Assembly: GCF_963921235.1 (NCBI RefSeq)
Contig: NC_086118.1
Coordinates: 12,402,001-12,466,000, forward strand
Direction of reading: 5' to 3'
Origin: Mobula hypostoma
Lineage: Eukaryota
Length of the DNA stretch: 64,000 nt
The number at the start of each line of letters is the position of its first letter. Positions within the stretch are counted from its first letter, which is position 1. The position numbers and the translations under genes are program-made. Of this stretch, positions 1 through 11,959 are shown in pieces. The notes under the pieces are model-generated. The model ran no database searches. It worked only from the letters and a program-made list of their open reading frames with translations, and was not told the DNA's origin.

Positions 1-398
1 CCTCCTCACTGCATGCCAGCTTGAAGCAATCTCTCCATTCTCTTCTGACTCTCTTATTAACAAGTCATCTTCACCCACATAAACTGCCGCTCACTGTTTT
101 TTCCAGGTATGATTCTCTGTAAACTTTGAAGACTATTGTGTGTGAAACTTCCAAGAGTTCAGCAGTTTCTGAGATACTCAAACCATCCTGTGTGGCACTA
201 ACAATCGTTCCACAGACAAAGTCACTTAGATCCCATTTTCTTCCCCATTCTGATGCTGGCTCTGGACAACAACTGAACTTCTTGACCATGTTTGCATGCT
301 TTCATGCATTGAGTTGCTGCCTCATGATCAGGTAACTAGGTATCTGCATTAACAAGCAGGTGTAAAAGGGCACCTAATAAAGTGGCCACTGAACGTAT
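1..398 (-). mobile_element. Tc1/mariner-type DNA transposon remnant (one TIR plus N-terminal HTH coding remnant), cut by window edge
   Basis: ORF 71..289(-) has DLSDFVCGTIVSATQDGLSISETAELLEVSHTIVFKVYRE, resembling the Tc1 transposase paired-like HTH start. TIR-like CACCTAATAAAGTGGCCACTGA at ~371-392, followed by TA. Confidence 0.75.
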
Positions 399-1311
399 GA
401 CGTCTACTGTTCAGGAGATATGACATCTTTTATTTTCACATAACTGTAGATGACAAATAATCATTCACTAATATTTTCACTGATCAAGGACTCCGATTAG
501 GAAAAACCTTACAGTCGCTACTTGATCCTTAGCAATACATTGACAGGATTTAAAGGAATATTTTCTGCTTGGTGAGTGACTTTCATTTACATTAGTTCCA
601 CTTGAATGAACATTTCTGCACTAGGTGGGTTGGACTCCAGCACTCATATCACATGTATGTTTGTGGTTGTCTGTTCCGCAACATTGAACAGCTGAAGGTT
701 TTTTATTCATTAAATTCATTCCCTGCAAATTGTTGTTAATAACGCATAGTTTGAATGCTGCTGTCCTTGTTCTGATTCAGCAAGATGTCAAATGTAAAGA
801 ATGCGTTGATGGAAGGTGACAGGCAGAGCAATGCTGATTCATGTACCTTTAGTAACAGGGAATTATTTACCAACCCCAACAGAGAGATAGCAATTTGATG
901 CATCAAAAATCGAATTTATTCATTTCATAAATGTAGAATGACCTGCCAACTGTTCTCCAAATTCTCTGCTTTCGTTTCAGTTACTGTCTACAATTACTTT
1001 TGCTTTTGAGTTTGATCCCACTCAACCTTGGTGAATGTCTCACTTTGCCTGACGATAACTGCTTACGATTCTGTACTTGGACGAATAAAGCAGAGGCACA
1101 AGAGCGATTCCATCAATGTTTGTTGCTCTGGGAGACACCGCAACACAAGCAGCTACAGAATTATTTTCAAGAAAATATTCTCACTGTTGACTTAATTATA
1201 TGATTTAAATTCACTATTTATCAACATATATTGATGCTGTTTCCTGTCTTAGAACTATTCACGGTTATACATTTTAAGCACCGAATTGTTAACCAGTTTT
1301 ATATAAATACA

Positions 1312-1650
1312 CAGATAGATACTTTATTGACCCCAAAAGAAATTATAGTGTCACAGTTGCATTACAAGTGCACTGATATACAAAAAATAGAAAAGTAAGA
1401 AAGAACAAAAAATAAGTCACCTCAAACAGTCTAACAGGAAGGATCATCACTTCCCCGCTATAAGTTGACTCATTATAAAGCCTAGTGACTGAGGGTAAGA
1501 ATGACCTCATATAACGCTGTTTGGAGCAGCACAGTTGTCTTAGTCTATTATTAAAGTGCAAAGGTGGCACGCAGAGGTGAGAAACATTGCACAGAATTGC
1601 TCGGATTTTCCACAACGTCCTTTGTTCTGCCGCAGCCTCCAATGTGTCCA
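1312..1650 (-). mobile_element. Rex1/Babar-type LINE 3' fragment
   Basis: ORF 1343..1642(-) has the C-terminal ...RYMRSFLPSVTRLYN motif. AATAAA and (CTAT)n tail on the minus strand at ~1312-1330. Confidence 0.75.
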
Positions 1651-2124
1651 GAGACTTGTCACACTGGAAACTGAGAGCACCATGTGACCTCAGTGCCTGC
1701 TACTGGTAGGTCGTCTGATAAGTGAATTGTTACACAGAATGACAATTGATGGATATTTGATTTTGAAACAGAGATAGTGTAATAATTATGTATAACTTTA
1801 ATCTTTGTATTGTATGATTTTGAATTGAAAGATAAGGCTTATCAAATTGAAAAGTATAATAGTTCATCTAAGAGATAAGAAAATTTTGGAAACAAGCTAA
1901 TTGAAATATAATAAAAGATAGGCAGAGAATTGAATGTAGGACTAAATCAACAAAAAAAAATAGAGTGTAAGAACTTCTGGAATACTTAGAAAGTATCAAA
2001 AATAGACATTTTTTCCCTTAGTAAACAAAAGAATTAGTAATAAGTAATAAAGAAACAGGAGCAAAATTAAACAAATATTTTACAACTTCTTTACAGTGAA
2101 AGACACTAAAAACATACTCTCGGT

Positions 2125-3353
2125 CAGCGGTCCCCAACCACCGGGCCGCGGACCGGTACCAGGCCGCAAAGCATGTGCTACCGGGCCTCGAGGAAACGAT
2201 ATGACTTGGCGATATGAGTCAGCTGCACCTTTCCTCATTCCCTGTCACAGCCACTGTTTATCTTGAACACATGCGAGGTCATTACGCGCGCGTCATCCGT
2301 ATCAACGCGGGAAGGAGATCAACTCCTCGAGCTTGCAAATGACGGCAGGCTGAAAAGTATGTTTGACATAACATCTCTGCCGGTATTCTGGATCAAAGTC
2401 AAGGCTAAATATCCTGAGATAGCCACGAAAGCTTTGAAAACGTTGCTTCCATTTCCAGCATTTTTCTGCGAAGCAGAGTTTTCTGCAATGAATGCAATGA
2501 AAACTAAATTGCGGAATAGACTGGACATAAGGAACCCCCTTCGAGTATCGCTGTCTCCTATCACCCTTCTATAGGACCGTGTGGCTGCAGGAAACCAAAC
2601 CCAGGGCTCCCACTGATTCAGCGATATTGGTATGTTGCAATGATTTTATATGTTCATACGGGGAACATATGTGCTGTGTGTTTAATATCCAAACGCTACG
2701 TAAAACGTTATGATGCTGTTGACTTACTTATATAACCATATAACAATTACAGCACGGAAATAGGCGATCTCGGCCCTTCTAGTCCGTGCCGAACGTTACT
2801 CTCACCTAGTCCCACCGATGTGCACTCAGTCCATAACCCTCCATTCCTTTCCTGTCCATACACCTATTCAATTTTTCTTTAAATAATAATATCGAACCTG
2901 TTTCTGCCACTTCTACTGGAAGTTCGTTCAACACTTACTTCAAGCTCCCCTGTCCTCCCTGATAATTGACTTATCACTATATTCATGCAAGGAAAATATG
3001 CGCTGTGTGTTTAATATTAAATTTGTTAGATAAACACTTTTAGAAATGAAATTGAGTGTATTAGCCACTTGTCACCTATATTCCGGTCGTGATTAATCCC
3101 ACCGAACAGAATCGCTAAAAAGTATTTGCAGAAAAAGAAATCGGCAGGTACACGCAGGGGTGGGTCACGCATGCGCACTGGTGCCCGCGCAAGGCTTCAT
3201 GGTCATTGTAGTCTTTCTCTGGGTAAACACAACGTATTTGACTGCTACTCTTGTCCGTTGGCAACCCTACCCACCCCCACCGGGTCGGCCGGTCCGCAAG
3301 AATATTGTCAATATTAAACCGGTCCGCAGTGCAAAAAGGGTTAGGGACCCCTG
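2125..3353 (+). mobile_element. Non-autonomous hAT (Charlie/Buster-like) element, copy 1
   Basis: TIRs CAGCGGTCCCCAACC / GGTTAGGGACCCCTG. 8-bp TSD CTCTCGGT (2117-2124) / CTCTAGGT (3354-3361). ORF 2263..2574 is a hAT C-terminal dimerisation remnant (FWIKVKAKYPEIATKALKTLLPFP...FSAM..MKTKLRNRL). Confidence 0.92.
2727..2965 (-). mobile_element. CR1 3'-end fragment embedded in the hAT element
   Basis: Minus strand encodes the CR1 ORF2 C-terminus (NELPVEV.E.GS...FKEK...YG) plus the CR1 3' UTR. Flanked by TTGACTTA at 2719-2726 and 2966-2973. Confidence 0.8.
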
Positions 3354-3513
3354 CTCTAGGTCGATAAACAAGATGAAAAGAAAAGCAAACAATTAACAAT
3401 ATTGATCTCTTTAGAGAAAAAATACACTAAGCAATTGAATGAAAGAGTTACTAATCCCTCAAACTTATGGTCTACATTTGAGCAATCAAAATGAAGTGTC
3501 TGCAGACATAATC

Positions 3514-5109
3514 AATGAGAGGGAACTTGATGATGGTGAGGACAATATGAGTGAGGTTGATGTTCTGGAGCATGTTGATATTAAGGGAGAGGAGGTGTTG
3601 GAGTTGTTAAAATACATTAGGACAGATAAGTCCCTGGGGCCTGATGGAATATTCCCCAGGCTGCTCCACGAGGCGAGAGAAGAGATTGCTGAGCCTCTGG
3701 CTAGGATCTTTAAGTCCTCGTTGTCCACAGGAATGGTACCGGAAGATTGGAGGGAGGCGAATGTTGTTACCTTGTTCAAAAAAGGTAGTAGGGATAGTCC
3801 GGGTAATTATAGACCAGTGAGCCTTACATCTGTGGTGGGAAAGCTGTTGGAAAAGATTCTTAGAGATAGGATTTATAGGCATTTAGAGAATCATGGTCTG
3901 ATCAGGGACAGTCAGCATGGCTTTGTGAAGGGCAGATCATGTCTAACAAGCCTGATAGTGTTCTTTGAGGAGGTGACCAGGCATATAGATGAGGGTAGTG
4001 CAGTGGATGTGATCTATATGGATTTTAGTAAGGCATTTGACAAGGTTCCACACGGTAGGCTTATTCAGAAAGTTAGAAGGCATGGGATCCAGGGAAGTTT
4101 GGCCAGGTGGATTCAGAATTGGCTTGCCTGCAGAAGGCAGAGGGTGGTGGTGGAGGGAGTACATTCAGATTTGAGGATTGTGACTAGTGGTGTCCCACAA
4201 GGATCTGTTCTGGGACCTCTACTTTTTGTGATTTTCATTAATGACCTAAATGTGGGGGTAGAAGGGTGGGTTGGCAAGTTTGCAGATGACACAAAGGTTG
4301 GTGGTGTTGTAGATAGTGTAGAGGATTGTCAAAGATTGCAGAGAGACATCAATAGGATGCAGAAGTGGGCTGAGAAGTGGCAAATGGAGTTCAACCCGGA
4401 GAAGTGTGAGATGGTACACTTTGGAAGGACAAACTCCATGGCAGAGTACAAAGTAAATGGCAGGATACTTGGTAGTGCAGAGGAGCAGAGGGATCTCGGG
4501 GTACATGTCCACAGATCCCTGAAAGTTGCCTCACAGGTGGATAGGGTAGTTAAGAAAGCTTATCGGGTGTTAGCTTTCATAAGTCGAGGAATAGAGTTTA
4601 AGAGTCGCAATGTAATGATGCAGCTCTATAAAACTCTGGTTAGGCCACACTTGGAGTACTGTGTCCAGTTCTGGTCACCTCACTATAGGAAGCATGTGGA
4701 AGCGTTGGAAAGGGTACAGAGGAGATTTACCAGGATGCTTCCTGGTTTAGAAAGTATGCATTATGATCAGAGATTAAGGGAGCTAGGGCTTTACTCTTTG
4801 GAGAGAAGGAGGATGAGAGGAGACATGATAGAGATGTACAAGATAATAAGAGGAATAGATAGAGTGGATAACCAGCACCTCTTCCCCAGGGCACCACTGC
4901 TCAATACAAGAGGACATGGCTTTAAGGTAAGGGGTGGGAAGTTCAAGGGGGATATTAGAGGAAGGTTTTTTACTCAGAGAGTGGTTGGTGTGTGGAATGC
5001 ACTGCCTGAGTCAGTGGTGGAGTCAGATACACTATTGAAGTTTAAGAGACTACTAGACAGGTATATGGAGGAATCTAAGGTGGGGGCTTATATGGGAGGC
5101 AGGGTTTGA
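3514..5109 (+). pseudogene. CR1 ORF2 reverse-transcriptase domain (5'-truncated, open frame)
   Basis: ORF 3439..5109 motifs NYRPVSLTS, QHGF, DFSKAFDKV, GVPQGSVLGP, FADD, RPHLEYC. No endonuclease domain. The first ~25 codons come from flanking old CR1. Confidence 0.9.
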
Positions 5110-5182
5110 GGGTCGGCACAACATTGTGGGCCGAAGGGCCTGTACTGTGCTGTACTATTCTATGTTCTATGTTCTATGTTCT
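3514..5182 (+). mobile_element. Young 5'-truncated CR1 LINE (family A)
   Basis: Uninterrupted RT reading frame to 5109, CR1 3' UTR and (TTCTATG)n tail, candidate TSD ATAATC at 3508-3513 and 5183-5188. Confidence 0.93.
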
Positions 5183-6094
5183 ATAATCCTTCTGACTTTT
5201 CAATATTTGGGGAAAAATTCCAATAGATTGGAAACTAGTAATTGTAATTTTGTGGTTCAGAAAAGGAGGGGGAAAGAAAAGAGAAACTGCAGGCCAGTTA
5301 TTCTAATGCATATTATCAAGAAAATACTTAAGTCTATAATTACGGAAATGCTAACAGAACACATACAGTAGAAAAGCATACCATGGTTACGCAGAGTAAG
5401 AATGGTTTTTACGAAAGAGAAGTACCCTCTGACAAACCTAGTGTAACTTTTTGACACTGTAATCTGCAAGGTAGACAATGAGAGACCAGTGGATGAAGTG
5501 TATTTAGATTTCTACAAGGCACCTGATAAGATACATAAAGTAACTATTGAGAGGTTGAAGTTTATTAAATGACTTAGATAGAAGGTCGGTTCAATAAAAG
5601 ACAGGGACAAGGGATACAGATACAAAAATTAATAAAACATATGACAGCTGGAAAGACCTTGTGCAATGTATCAAATTTTGATGATGGTATGAAATTAAGA
5701 TAGAAAGCAGGTTGCAGAAGTAGTGTTTGTCAAACAATAGGCAAGTGACTATTTAAATGATGGATGGCAAATGGAGTTACCCATTGTAATAAGAAAAATA
5801 GAAAGGAAGAATATTAATTAAATAATGAATGATAATTCATCTTTGGTAATCAGAGAGAACTTAGCATACTCTTAGCAGAAAGACCAAAGCTGTGGGTAGA
5901 TACAAAAAGTAATGAAGGGAAATGGAACATTGACCTCTGTTGCAAAATGGCTGGTGTACAAAAGTAAGGAAGCCTTTCTACAGCAATACATGGCACAGCA
6001 TTCAGATTTGCTCTTCCTATTTATAAAGTGTGTACTTACCTTCAAAGCAACACAGCAGATGTTAACTAGACTGGGTCATAAAGAAACCTTTTGA

Positions 6095-6732
6095 TTGTAA
6101 AGATGGGGTCATAAAGAAAGCTTTTGATACATTGGCCTTCATAAATCAAAGTATTGAGTGCAGGAGTTGGGATGTTATGTTGAAAATGTATCAGATATTG
6201 GTGATGCCTAATTTGGAGTATCATAAGCAGTTCTAGTCACCTACCCACAGGAGAGATGTCAGTAAAATTAAAAGAGTAAAACAAAAGTTTACAAAGATGT
6301 TGCCAGGACTTGAGGACATGAGCTATAAGGCAAGGTTGAGTAGGTTAGGACTTTATTCCTAGAGAATCAGAAAATGAGGGGAGATTTAATAGAGGAGTAC
6401 AAAATTATGAGGAATATAGGTAGAGTGAATGCAAGCTTTTCTCCACCGAGGTTGGATGAGACTAGAACTAATTGTCATGGTTTCAGGGTGAAAGGTGAAA
6501 TATTTAAGGAGACATGAGGGTTGTGAGAGTGGGGAATCAGCTGCCAGCAAAAGTGTTGGATATGGGTTTGATTTTAACATTTAAGAGAAATTTGGATAGG
6601 CACATGGATGGGAGGAGTGTGAGGTGCTATGGTCGGGGTGCTGGTTAATGGGACTAGGCAGAATAATAGTTTGGTATAGACTGGATGGGCCAAAGGGCCA
6701 GTTTCTGGGCTGTAGTGTTCTATGACTTTATG
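6095..6732 (+). mobile_element. Decayed CR1 3' fragment
   Basis: CR1 C-terminal coding remnant with 3' UTR GGGCCAAAGGGCCAGTTTCTGGGCTGTAGTGTTCTATG tail. Confidence 0.75.
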
Positions 6733-7826
6733 GCACGATTACCCTGGATTGATTCCTAGTATAAGAGGGTTATCCTAAGAGACGGGTAGAGGACAGCATA
6801 CCTGGACTGTATGTACTTTGCATAACGACCTCAATGAAACCGGTAACGTTCTGAAAGAGCTCAACAGGGAAGAAGAGGCTGTGAGGATGGTACCCTTGGT
6901 GAAGAACCCCAGGATGAGGGACCAGGCATCAGGATGAAGAGTGAATCACTTTACTGAGATGAAGATGAAGATCTCAGAAAATTGTAAATCCTTTGAAATT
7001 CACTGTCCAAGAGAGCCGTGGGCACTACATTAATGCTGAGAAACATTTTAGACTGTAGGAGAGTCTAACTTTATAGGGATTGGCCAGGAAAAATAAGATG
7101 TCTAATTGCCTGTTTGAAGATGAATGTTCAGCTCTATATGCAGCTCTCAATTAGTGAACCATTCTGTACCAGCATGCATGAAGGTCTGTTCAATATTCTG
7201 TGACAAGGGACCTTCATGCCATACAACTGCCAAGCAACGATGGTTTCCTAGAAGATAGAGTCTACATGTTTGCCTTTCTTATTCAACAGTACTTTTTCAT
7301 CGCTGACTCTGCCATCACCATTACCTGCTTATCTGCCTGAAGTGTAATTATAAATGCAGGTTGATATCAAGGTATTCAACAGTGAGGGATTCATCTCATA
7401 ACTCCTCAAAACCTCTCCATTCTAAACAAAGCATGTGGCATTTCCTGTCTTCTGTCTCTTTCTCCACTTCCTTAAACGAGTGCTGGTGCAACAGCACTCA
7501 CAAAGTTTAACCCCATACAAGGTAAAACAAATTACCTGGTTGCCACTCACTCAACTGATGATAGCCCGCAACTACAATTTAGCATGTTATGCAACACCTA
7601 CCAAACACATGATCTCCAGCAGCTGGATGAGGAAGGTTTGCAGGCATACTGGAATTTTACCATATCCAAGCTCCTCTCCAGGAGACAGCCTGGTTAACCT
7701 TGACAAAGAGGCAGGATAAACTCTTTCTTCATTGTAATCATTGTAAATGAGTCAAAACCAAATACCACCTTGCCCATGAAAGCATCAGGCTCAGCTGTAC
7801 TACATCTGTAAAATAAAACGGATTTC

Positions 7827-7830
7827 TGTG

Positions 7831-7886
<56 letters not shown>

Positions 7887-7914
7887 TGTGGGTGGGTGGG
7901 TGTGGGTATGTGTG
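7827..7914. repeat. (TG)n microsatellite
   Basis: Directly visible TG dinucleotide run with a few interruptions. Confidence 0.97.
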
Positions 7915-8908
7915 AGATATGTATATTAAGATGTTGAATTACAAACTAGAAGTTATCAACCTATGATGACATTGGCAGCTGGTGGCTAATGGACTGACAG
8001 AGTGCTGACAATTCTACTTAATTTCAAGCTTGCTTTTGGACATCAAAAGGCGTCTTAGTGCATAAAATATATTCATGTAAATGAAATAGTCACCCAGAAA
8101 TGAAGTGTGGATCTGAAGGCTCATTGTGTCACTAATTGAAAGCTTCAGTTATTTGATGAAATTTTTATTCATTTGTGGTTTAAACATGAATGACCACTTT
8201 TATAATGGTTGAGTCAAGTAGTACAAGTCAGGGTTCTATAACTTTCCAATAATATGACAGTCATTGGCCAAAGTGCCCTTGTGATAACATTGTTAGCAGT
8301 GCACATTATTTTGATAGGTCAATGTCACAAATCATGGGTGAGTCCAGATTAAGAGCGAAAGCCACAAAGGCATTTGTATAGTGTAATATTGTGAAAATGA
8401 AATTACATTATCTGTCTGCATTATTTTCCCTCATTCATCTTCATTCCACTCATAGAAGATAATAATTGATAGCTCTGCTGAAATACAGACTGATAAGTTC
8501 AATCAATATTCAAAGAATATGCATGCAGATAATGAGGATGAATGGTTTCAGGAATTATTACAGTTGGCTGAGAGTGATGGGACCATTTCCTGAGGACACA
8601 GTTTGAACTGAACCTGAGATGATTCATTCTGCTTATCTAACAGAACTGAAAGAGCAAATGTAAGTTGTTCATTTAGTAACACATCTTGGTGAAATGCACC
8701 GAAGTATTTCAGGAGCCAGCCAGATCCAGTAGATCCTGAGCGAAGAAAGTGCAGTCCATTAAATTTTAGTATTTTGTAATATGGGAAATGCTATTATATA
8801 ACTGTCTTCCATAATGTCTTGAAGCCTTTTCACAGGAGAAAACGTACCTTTAAAGTACACTAACATACAGTGTAGGAAACACAAATGACATGTAATTAAA
8901 TACCCTTA

Positions 8909-9390
8909 GATTCAAAATTATTTAAGATTCTAAGTTATGTCATTTCCTGTACATAAGTGTAAAGAGAATGAAATAATTGTTACTCCAGATCTGATGCAAC
9001 ACAGAAAAACATTAGAAATAAAGAAAGCAATATAGACATAAATACATAAGATAAATTATATACAGTCAATACATAGATTGACTGTCCATAAACCGATTCT
9101 AGGCTGTACATAAGGTGACTGATGGGCAATAATAGCATAACGTTGGAGTTAGTGGGTGGAGGTGTTGATCAGCATTACTGCTTGGGGAAATTAACTTTAT
9201 TTGAGATTAGTGGTCCTGGCATGGATAATGGTCCTGACGGGAGTGGGACAAGTACTCCACGAACAGAGTGTGTCGACCTGTCATGATGTTACTGGCCTTT
9301 TTCTGACAATTTTCTGTATAAATGTCCTTGAAGCCGGGTAGACTGATACCAGTGATGTGTTGAGTAGTTTTGACTGCCCGTTAACTACCC
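8909..9390 (-). mobile_element. Decayed Rex1/L2-group LINE 3' fragment
   Basis: Minus-strand 3' UTR and C-terminal coding remnant resembling the other Rex-type copies (45470-46340, 51060-52230). Confidence 0.55.
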
Positions 9391-9975
9391 ATAGGAGCTT
9401 GACTGAAGGATAAATTTTAACTAGGGCACCAAGATTAACTTCTTTGCACACCTTCAGAATGTACACCAATTTGAGAGAGCAGGCAGGTTTTGAATTTGAC
9501 ACTTCCTTGAAGTGCAAAGGCAAATTTTTGAATTTGTGTCTCTGGAACTGGTTGGCAGGCGATCTTACTTTGGAAAGAATGAGTTAGGGTATGATGATAC
9601 GCAATGAGTGTTGATTTAAGCTTAGTGACAGTGCTGGCAGTGCCCTGTCAGCTTCATGAGAATAGATATATGATTAAAGTATAATCCTTATCCAAACAAA
9701 GGACTTCAGTCTTTTTAACTACCATTCTTATTGTGTGACATTCTCAATCCAAGCATAACACTAATAAACCCAATTCAAACATACAGCAATCTACAATTAC
9801 TTAGCTTGCTAACTCAGCAAGCTAAATATAAGTGTGCCTGCTGCCATCTAAACCCAGAGAGAAGTTACAAGATTGGAAATAAACTCACTTTTGCACCAAA
9901 ATGCAAAATTGTTCAATCTGAGTTTGGTTAGACATTAATTATTGATAGTCCACAGAATAAAGATCGGTAATCTTT

Positions 9976-11826
9976 GAGGAACTCAGCAGGTCAGACAGCA
10001 TCTACAGAAATGAATAAACAGTCAACGTTTTGGGCTGAGATCTTTCTTCAGGACCGGGAAGGAAGGAGAAATCTGCCAGAATAAAAGTGTGGAGGGGAGG
10101 GGGAGACAGGCAAGCTAGAAGGTGTTAGGTGCAGCCAGGTGAGTAGGAAAGGTCAGGACCTGGACAGGAAGGAATCTGAAAGGAGAGAAGAGTGGACCAG
10201 AGGAGAAATGGAAGAAGGAGAGGACCCAGGGGGATGTGATGGCAGGACTTTCATATGATGAAAGACTGGATCGGCCAGGCTTATACTCTCTGGAATTTAG
10301 AAGATTGAGGGGGGATCTGATTGAAATGTATAAAATCCTAAAGGGATTGGACAGGCTAGATGCAGGAAGATTGTTCCCGATGTTGGGGAAGTCCAGAACA
10401 AGGGGTCACAGTTTGAGGAAAAGGGGAAGCCTTTTAGGACCGAGATGAGGAAAAACTTCTTCACACAGAGAGTGGTGAATCTATGGAATTCTCTGCCACA
10501 GGAAACAGTTGAGGCCAGTTCATTGGTTACATTTAAGAGGGAGTTAGATATGACCCTTGTGGCTAAAGGGGTCAGGGGGTATGGAGGGAAGGCAGGTACA
10601 GGGTTCTGAGTTGGATGATCAGCCATGATCGTACTGAATGGCGGTGCAGGTTCGAATTGCCGAATGGCCTACTCCTGCACATATTTTCTATGTTTCTATG
10701 TTTCTATGTTTCTATGTGATAGGTAAGTGAGAAGAGGTTAGAAGCCAGAGTGGAAGAGAGAAGAAGAAGGGAGGGGGAGGGAACTTTTTTACCAGAAGGA
10801 GAAATTGATGTTCATGTCATCACATTGGAAGCTACTCAGATAGAATATGAGGTGTTGCTCCTGCATCCTCAGGGTGATCTTATCATGGACAAGAGAATAG
10901 GTGCATTGTTAGAGGGATAAGTGCCAAGTGCCAGGAAGGAGATTAGTGTGGAGAGATGAATGAACAATAGAATCATGGAGGGAATGATACTTGCTGAAAG
11001 TGAAGAGTGGGGAGGAAAAGTATGTTTGCTGGTAGTATCCCTTTGGATTAATCTCTCTCCTGGCACTTATCCCTGCAAGCAGCCAAAGTGCTGCACCTGC
11101 CCATTCACCTCCTCCCTCACCTCCATTCAGGACCCCAAACAGTTCTTCCAGGTGAGGCAACACTTCACCTGCAAATCTGCTGGAGTTGATTATTGTTTCC
11201 AGTGCTCCGGATGCACCATAAATTGGGTGACAACTTCATTGAGCACGTCCGCTCCATCTGCCAAAAGCAGGAACTTCAGAACTTCATGGTGGCCAAATAT
11301 TTTAAATCCCATCTTGTTCCGGTATGTCAGTCCATGGCCTCCTCTTGTGCCACGATGAGGCCATCCTCAGGATGGAGAAACGACACCTTATATTCTGTCT
11401 GGGTAGCTTCCAACTGGTATGAATATCAATTTCTCCTTCCAGTAAAAGCTTTTTTCTTTCCCTCCCCTCTTCTATTCCCTACTCTGGCCTCTTAGCTCTT
11501 TTCACCTGCCTATCACCTCTCCCTGAGTTCTCTCCTTCTACCCTTTCTCCCATATCCCCCTTTCCTCTCCTACCAGATTCCTTCCTCTCCATCCCTTTAC
11601 CTTTCCTAGCCGCTTGACCACTATCACTTTCTAACTATCTTCCTTCCTTCCCCACCCTTTTATCCTGGCATCTTCCCCATTCCTTTTCCAGTCCTGAGGA
11701 AGGGTCTCGGCTCAAAATGTCAACTGTTTATTCATTTCCACAGATGCTGGTTGACATGCTGGGTTCATCCAGCATTTTGTGTGTGTTGATTTGGATATTC
11801 GGCATCTGCAGAATTTCTCGTGTTTA
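9976..11826. mobile_element. Penelope-like retroelement (GIY-YIG endonuclease remnant) with inverted arms
   Basis: The plus arm (~11052-11826) encodes TYPCKQPKCCTCPF...VRQHFTCKSAGVDYCFQCSGC and LGDNFIEHVRSI (PLE Zn-finger/GIY-YIG region). The minus arm (~9976-11047) is an inverted copy of the same 3' region. Hammerhead-like CTGANGA cores at 11694-11700(+) and 10045-10051(-). Confidence 0.8.
10241..10713 (+). mobile_element. Short CR1 (family B) 3' fragment inserted in the Penelope arm
   Basis: Highly similar to 39927-40387. (TTTCTATG)n tail. TSD-like ATGTGAT at 10234-10240 and 10714-10720. Confidence 0.92.
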
Positions 11827-11959
11827 TATTTTAATCTTTGCCTTAGATTCCTGATCTAAGCTTCATCCTGGTCCAGCTGTGATAACCATTTTGGCAAATT
11901 GAGGGTGTCTTTTGGAGATATCAGTTGGATTAAATTAATAGCATCTGTAGTGTTTACAA

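Larger units (their letters stand above)
1900..7090 (+). mobile_element. Old, highly decayed CR1 LINE ORF2 acting as scaffold for three younger insertions
   Basis: Colinear decayed CR1 motifs: LNKYF..F.V.D (~2060-2110), GLH...EV (~3460-3510), IP.DW..KKGG...RPV (~5215-5300), VDEVYLDF (~5490), C-terminal remnants to ~7090. Boundaries approximate. Confidence 0.6.

Noticed and set aside
2263..2574. ZBED/SCAND3/FAM200-like host gene exon
   Set aside because: It lies within TIR- and TSD-bounded transposon copies with differing deletions, and no catalytic domain is present.
3439..5109. 556-aa ORF as a host or domesticated RT gene
   Set aside because: It is a 5'-truncated CR1 with tail and TSD. The N-terminus comes from flanking decayed repeat.
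7440..7530. Possible 41-nt exon (7481-7521) after a pyrimidine tract
   Set aside because: Weak GAG acceptor and GTAAAA donor, unrecognisable peptide and no partner exon.
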